DNA of 64,000 nucleotides, from assembly GCA_026708965.1 (NCBI GenBank), contig JAPOTY010000024.1, positions 20,785-84,784 of the forward strand. The letters are read 5' to 3'. This document shows, piece after piece, positions 59,037 to 64,000 of this stretch. The DNA comes from Gammaproteobacteria bacterium (lineage in GTDB: Bacteria; Pseudomonadota; Gammaproteobacteria; Steroidobacterales; Foliamicaceae). Under the pieces are notes generated by a model. That model did no database searches. It was not told the DNA's origin and saw nothing but the letters and a program-made list of their open reading frames with translations. Within the stretch, counting starts at the first letter, position 1. Every line of letters starts with the position of its first letter. Both the position numbers and the translations under genes were made by a program.

Positions 59037-61754
59037 ATGAGCAGCATATTGAGCTTCGAGGGCCAGCGGCAGGCAAGCCGGGAATCATTTTTCCCGATCG
59101 GGCTGATCCGCTCGAAAATCGAGCCTGAGCCTCGAGGGGCGGCCTTGATGAGGCGGAACCGGCTGATTCAACGCCTCAACGAGGGTCTGGACCGCAGGCT
59201 GACGCTGATCTCGGCAGCGGCGGGCTACGGCAAGTCCGCGCTGATGCGCAGCTGGCGCCAAGCGCTCCTCGACCAGGGCAGAAGGGTGGCCTGGCTCGGT
59301 TTGGACGAGGACGACAACGCGCCGGGCGCGCTGGCCGCCTATATCGCTTTCGCTCTGCACCGCGCGGGGCTGGGCAGCGCGATCGACGAGTTTTCTCGCG
59401 AGGATTTCGGCCCCCGGCTGGATCCCCGGGCCGCATTGGGAATCCTTGCCGCGGCCCTGGAGAAAAGCGGGCAGCCATTCGTTCTGATGCTCGACAGCTT
59501 CGAGGCGCTCCGGGCCGAAAGCGCGAAATGCGTGATCGAGCCCATGCTTAAGTACTTCCCCGGCAATATCCATATTGCCATTGCAGGCCGGACCAGCGGC
59601 CTGCTGCGGTTATCCAGCTACCGCTTGGGCGGGGCGGTCTCCGAACTCAACGCTGAAGACCTCGAATTCACCTTGCTTGAGATGGAAAATTTTCTCGAGC
59701 CGCTGCTGGACAGAACGCAGATCAAGCAGGTGGCGCGGATTTCCGCAGGATGGCCGGCGGCGCTTCAGTTCATGAAAATCGCGCTCGGAAAGAGCCACGA
59801 CCGCAAGGCGCTGCTGCGCGGATTCAGCGGAACCCGGCAAGATCTTCGCGGCTATTTCTCGGAACACTTTCTGCACGGCGTCCCGCAGGCGCAGCAGGAT
59901 TTTCTCATTGAGGCCAGCATCTTGGACCGCATCGGCCCGGAATCGGCGGATTTCGTGCGCGACAGAACAGACAGCCGGCTGCTCCTCAATCAAATGGAGG
60001 ATCTGCGCGGCTTCGTAGCGCGGCAAAAACCCGGCCGCGGCCGCTATCGCCTGCATCCGCTGCTCAGGGAATTTTTGCGGCACCACCTCAAGCTGCACCA
60101 TCCAGTCCGCTACAGCGCCTTGCATCGGCGCGCCGCCGCCTGGGCGGCGCGGAACGGGCAAGTGATCCGGGCCATGAAGCACGCGCTGGAAGCAGGCGAC
60201 AAGGAGGCCGCCGCGGAGATTATTGAATCGGCCGGCGGCATCGCCCGCTGGGACCGCGAAGGCATGATGCGGCTGCGCGCCGCCCATTCCTTGCTGCCGG
60301 ACGATATCGTCATGCATCGCCCCCGGCTGCTTCTGATCCGCGCGCTGGTGCTGCTCAAGGACGGCCGTCTGACCGAAGCGGGAAGAATCATCGAGCAGGT
60401 ACGCGAACGCAGCGCGGCATCCAGCGACGCGCGCCTGAAATACGAGATCGCGATGCTGGCATACACGATGAGCTTCTATGAAGGCTCCGATCCGGCGGCG
60501 CATATTGCCGATTTGAAGCGCTTTCTGGCTTCGGCGCACAGCCAGGTTGAAGCGGAGCGGCCTTTCCTGTACACGACGCTTTGCGTGTCGGCTTTGCAGT
60601 ACGGGCGCTTGGACGAAGCGCGCGAGGCCGCGCTTGCGGGCATCGCCGCAGGGAACTCCTTTGTCAACGCCTATTTCCATTTGCACCTTGGCGCAGTGAG
60701 CCTTGCACAGGCCGATGTTCGCGAAGCGATGGCCCAGTACCGCAAGGGAATGGCCATCATCAGAAGGGACTTCAAGGAGGATAAAGACATGCATCTGGTG
60801 GCGGATATGCTGATGGCCGAATGGCATTTCGAGCGCAATGACCTCAACCGCGCAAGCAGCCTTCTGGGAGAGGCCAGCGAGCGTCTGGTGCATGGCGAGG
60901 CCTGGCACGAGATTTACGCTGCGGGATACACCACATCGTCGGCCATCGCCTACGAGCTCGGCGGCTGGGAGGAAGCCGCCAAGGAAACCGAAGGCGCGCT
61001 GGCCTACGTCCAAAGAGAGGGCCTGAAACGGACCAGGAACCTGATCGTGGCGAACCGCTGCGGATACTTGACACGCTCGGGTGAAACCGCGCGGGCCCGC
61101 GCGCTGGTCCAGGAAGGCGGGCTTTCGCTGGATGAATACAAGGCGCCCGCGGACGGGAATATCGTGATCCGCGAGCGCTTTGGCGTCGTGCCCTCCCTGT
61201 GCCGGCTGCTGATTGCCGAGAAGCGCTACAAGAAAGCGGCCGACGAATTATCCGCATTCATCGCAATGGAAGAGGGAATCGGGCATCAGCGGGCCGCGCT
61301 GAAGTATTCGCTGCTGTTGTCGCTGGCGCAATATCTCTCGAGGAAGCGGCGGCGGGCGTTCGCAACGCTCAACGAAGTGCTGGGCGCGGTCCGCAGGCAG
61401 GGCTTTGTGCGGCTGGTTCTGGATGAAGCGCCGTTCATCGCGGAGCTGCTGCGAGCCTATGCGAAATCGCGCAACGCGACGGAATCCGATCATGCCGCGC
61501 ATCTGCTGCATCTTCTGGATAAGGGCGCCGCGAACCCGCAAACCACGAAGCTGAGCAAGCGGGAGCGGCAGGTGCTGGAGGAGCTATCGAAAGGATTGCC
61601 GGACAAGATCATCGCCCGAAGCCTAGGGGTGACGGAGCACACCGTGCGGTTCCATCTGAAGAATATTTTCCGCAAGCTCGGAGTCAAGAACAGGCTGCAA
61701 GCCGTCACGGCGGGCGGCGCCCTGCTCACCGAAGCCTCCCGCCCACCGCCCTAG
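59037..61754 (+). CDS. MalT-like LuxR-family transcriptional regulator (ATPase + TPR-like + HTH)
   Basis: It has a Walker A (AAAGYGKSALM) and a C-terminal LuxR HTH (LSKRERQVLEELSKGLPDKIIARSLGVTEHTVRFHLKNIFRKLGV). Length is about 905 aa. Confidence 0.85.
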   Translation: MSSILSFEGQRQASRESFFPIGLIRSKIEPEPRGAALMRRNRLIQRLNEGLDRRLTLISAAAGYGKSALMRSWRQALLDQGRRVAWLGLDEDDNAPGALAAYIAFALHRAGLGSAIDEFSREDFGPRLDPRAALGILAAALEKSGQPFVLMLDSFEALRAESAKCVIEPMLKYFPGNIHIAIAGRTSGLLRLSSYRLGGAVSELNAEDLEFTLLEMENFLEPLLDRTQIKQVARISAGWPAALQFMKIALGKSHDRKALLRGFSGTRQDLRGYFSEHFLHGVPQAQQDFLIEASILDRIGPESADFVRDRTDSRLLLNQMEDLRGFVARQKPGRGRYRLHPLLREFLRHHLKLHHPVRYSALHRRAAAWAARNGQVIRAMKHALEAGDKEAAAEIIESAGGIARWDREGMMRLRAAHSLLPDDIVMHRPRLLLIRALVLLKDGRLTEAGRIIEQVRERSAASSDARLKYEIAMLAYTMSFYEGSDPAAHIADLKRFLASAHSQVEAERPFLYTTLCVSALQYGRLDEAREAALAGIAAGNSFVNAYFHLHLGAVSLAQADVREAMAQYRKGMAIIRRDFKEDKDMHLVADMLMAEWHFERNDLNRASSLLGEASERLVHGEAWHEIYAAGYTTSSAIAYELGGWEEAAKETEGALAYVQREGLKRTRNLIVANRCGYLTRSGETARARALVQEGGLSLDEYKAPADGNIVIRERFGVVPSLCRLLIAEKRYKKAADELSAFIAMEEGIGHQRAALKYSLLLSLAQYLSRKRRRAFATLNEVLGAVRRQGFVRLVLDEAPFIAELLRAYAKSRNATESDHAAHLLHLLDKGAANPQTTKLSKRERQVLEELSKGLPDKIIARSLGVTEHTVRFHLKNIFRKLGVKNRLQAVTAGGALLTEASRPPP

Positions 61755-61791
61755 CCCTTCCCGGAGGCCGCGTGCTTCCCCCGCCCCCGTA

Positions 61792-61917
61792 GCCAGTTCT
61801 TGTCCCTTCCTTCCGGGAGTATGTGGAGCCACTGCGCGCCAATGGCTTGGCGCGCAGAGCGGAACCAAGCCCATGGATGGTCCATGCGTCTCCCGGAAGG
61901 AAGGGACAAGAACTGGC
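61792..61917 (+). repeat. palindromic element copy E3 (28-bp perfect stem, 70-nt loop)
   Basis: The arm 61793-61819 (CCAGTTCTTGTCCCTTCCTTCCGGGAG) is the exact reverse complement of 61890-61916. The loop carries an inner hairpin (CTGCGCGCCAATGGCTTGGCGCGCAG) and the conserved AAGCCCATGGATGGTCCATGCGT. Confidence 0.9.
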
Positions 61918-62070
61918 GGGATCGAAGCGACCCTCGGTGCAATATGCGGGCTGGCGGCGCTATGCTATGCTTGAGCCGTTTTCAATAAAGCGTATTCCTG
62001 AACGGGTTAAGTGGGAATACGGGTTTCAGGTAGAAGCGCCAATCGCCGAACGCTCCAGAGGTTGCTTTCC

Positions 62071-63327
62071 ATGCAGTTCTCCAATTTTGTCCGCATCTTC
62101 AACGCCCACAGCGGCGCGAAGGAGTTGATGGAAGACATGTCCTGCAATCCGCCCGGCATCGACACCGTGTATCGCCTGGGCGGCGGCAATCCGGCGATCA
62201 TCCCCGAAGTGGCCGAGCGCTTCCGCGCCGAACTGGCGAAGATCGCATCCGATGCCGGCCGTTTCGACCAGATGGCTTCGATCTACTCGGAGCCGCTCGG
62301 CGACGCGCCATTCCGCGAAGCCTTGGCCGACTTTCTGCGCGACGAGTACGGCTGGCCGCTCACAGCGAAGAACATAGCGCTTACGCCGGGCAGCCAGCTC
62401 GGCTTCTATTTCCTTTTCAACCTGTTCGGCGGCGTGGGTCCCGACGGCAAGCGGCGGCGCATCATTATTCCGCTGTGTCCCGAGTACATCGGCTACAAGG
62501 GCCTGCTTGCCAACGAGGAGGATATCGCGTCAAGGCGCTCGGTCATCCGCAAGCTCCCCGACCGACAGTTCAAGTACGGGCTGAGCATGGACGGCTTGGA
62601 GGATGTGGAGGACATGGGCGCGATCGTGGTGTCGCGGCCCACCAATCCCACCGGCAACGTGATCAGCGAGGGGGAGCTGGCGCGGCTCGACGAGGTGGCC
62701 AGAGCGCGAAAGGTGCCGCTCATCGTCGATAACGCCTATGGCCTTCCCTTTCCCGGCATGATCTACGTGGACGCGGCGCCGAAATGGAACGAAAACACGA
62801 TCCTCACCATGAGCCTGTCGAAGATCGGCCTGCCCGCGCTGCGCACGGGAATCGTGGTGGCGAACGAGGAGGTCACGGAGATTCTCGGGCGCATCAACGC
62901 GCTTACCCAGCTGGCGGTGGGGGCGGCCGGGGCGGCGCTGCTGGCGCCCCTGCTGGAGAATCGGGAATTGCTGCGGATCGCGCGCGAGATGATCAAGCCG
63001 TTCTACCAGCGCAAGATTTCCGAGGCCATCGGCTTTTGCCATGAAGCCCTCGCGGCCTGCGACTACTACATCCACAAGCCGGAGGGGTCGATGTTTCTGT
63101 GGCTGTGGTTCCCGGGGCTGAACGATAACCGGGCGCTGTACCGTCGGCTCAAGGCGCGCGGGGTGATGATCCTGTCCGGCAGCGAATTCTTCCCGGGGCT
63201 GCGCGAGCCTTGGAGCCATTCGCGCGAATGCATCAGGATCAACGTGTGCGGCGATGCCGGGATGGTTTCCGGCGGCCTGAGAATTATCGGCGAGGAAGCC
63301 GCCCGCCTACAGGCGCGGGCCGCCTGA
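62071..63327 (+). CDS. avtA: valine--pyruvate aminotransferase
   Basis: MQFSNFVRIFNAHSGAKELMEDM..LGGGNPAIIPE..NIALTPGSQLGFYFLFNLFGG parallels E. coli AvtA. The start is the ATG at 62071. Confidence 0.85.
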   Translation: MQFSNFVRIFNAHSGAKELMEDMSCNPPGIDTVYRLGGGNPAIIPEVAERFRAELAKIASDAGRFDQMASIYSEPLGDAPFREALADFLRDEYGWPLTAKNIALTPGSQLGFYFLFNLFGGVGPDGKRRRIIIPLCPEYIGYKGLLANEEDIASRRSVIRKLPDRQFKYGLSMDGLEDVEDMGAIVVSRPTNPTGNVISEGELARLDEVARARKVPLIVDNAYGLPFPGMIYVDAAPKWNENTILTMSLSKIGLPALRTGIVVANEEVTEILGRINALTQLAVGAAGAALLAPLLENRELLRIAREMIKPFYQRKISEAIGFCHEALAACDYYIHKPEGSMFLWLWFPGLNDNRALYRRLKARGVMILSGSEFFPGLREPWSHSRECIRINVCGDAGMVSGGLRIIGEEAARLQARAA

Positions 63328-63339
63328 GGGCCTGCGGCC

Positions 63340-64000
63340 ATGCCCTCGCTGATGCTGGTGTTCCCGGGCCAAGGCGCCCAATACGCCGGGATGGGAAGCG
63401 ATCTGCATGCATCGTTCGCCGCCGCGCGCGCGGTCTATGACGAGGCCTGCGAGGCGCTTGGCTACGATATTCGGGAACTGAGCTTCTCGGACCCTGGCCA
63501 GCGGATCGGTCTGACGCGCTACACCCAGCCTGCCCTCCTCACCCACTCGATCGCCTGTTTGCGGGTTGCCGAATCCTTGCGGGGCGGGGCGTTCGCGCCG
63601 CTGGCGACCGCCGGCCACAGCCTCGGCGAATACAGCGCGCTGGTGGCCGCCGGCGCCCTGCGCTTCAAGGACGCTCTGCGCCTGGTGAGCGAGCGCGGGC
63701 GGCTGATGGGCGAGCATGGCGAGGGAGGGATGCTGGCGCTGGCCATGCCCCCCGAGGAGGCGCTTGAGCTTGCCGACCGGCATTGCTGCCAGATCGCGGG
63801 GCTGAACCTGCCGGCCCAGACCGTGGTGGGCGGCACCCGCGCGGACCTTGAGAAGCTGACGGCGGATCTGGCGGAGAACCATCCTCGCAAGCGGGCAACG
63901 CCGCTGGCCACTGAGGGCGCGTTCCATACCTATCTGATGGTGACGGCGGCGCGCCAGTTCCGGGCGGTGCTGGAGGCCACGGAATTCTCGGCGCCGCGCT
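63340..64000 (+). CDS. fabD: ACP S-malonyltransferase, 5' fragment running off the right edge
   Basis: My own translation from the ATG at 63340 gives MPSLMLVFPGQGAQYAGMG..GHSLGEYSALVAAG. These are the FabD N-terminus and active-site Ser motif. Confidence 0.9.
   Translation, partial: MPSLMLVFPGQGAQYAGMGSDLHASFAAARAVYDEACEALGYDIRELSFSDPGQRIGLTRYTQPALLTHSIACLRVAESLRGGAFAPLATAGHSLGEYSALVAAGALRFKDALRLVSERGRLMGEHGEGGMLALAMPPEEALELADRHCCQIAGLNLPAQTVVGGTRADLEKLTADLAENHPRKRATPLATEGAFHTYLMVTAARQFRAVLEATEFSAPR

Overview
This is a high-GC proteobacterial chromosomal segment. GC content was judged by eye, not computed. Conserved housekeeping blocks: lpdA-aceF-aceE, rnt, grxD, nadC, the lspA-ileS-ribF operon, murJ, rpsT, the obgE-rpmA-rplU operon, ispB, tRNA-Pro, avtA and fabD. 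Accessory segments lie between these blocks. (1) An aromatic-catabolism cluster at about 8.5-21.3 kb combines UbiD/UbiX, an HpaB-type hydroxylase and homoprotocatechuate meta-cleavage genes. (2) An 8-kb type I R-M cassette (21.4-29.5 kb) abuts tRNA-Thr. Its gene order is hsdR, hsdS, two unknown genes, a HEPN gene, an MNT gene, then hsdM, and the five genes from hsdS to MNT overlap by 4-8 nt. (3) A minor-pilin operon (fimT-pilVWX-pilE) has no pilY1. (4) An XRE regulator and an AAA+ ATPase are inserted between rpsT and obgE. (5) An AT-richer single-gene islet carries an AAA_21-type ATPase broken by one in-frame TAG. (6) An AT-richer islet after tRNA-Pro encodes a small secreted Cys-containing peptide. 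(7) A cluster of NCS1 permease, DUF917, TonB-dependent receptor and hydantoinase genes sits next to a MalT/LuxR-type regulator. The most unusual signal that is not a gene is a dispersed family of about 100-126 bp intergenic palindromes. Each has perfect 27-29 bp arms that differ between copies but stay complementary, around a conserved loop containing CCATGG. There are four full copies plus partial copies, and two isolated arms flank the R-M cassette. No rRNA, CRISPR array, integrase or transposase was recognised.
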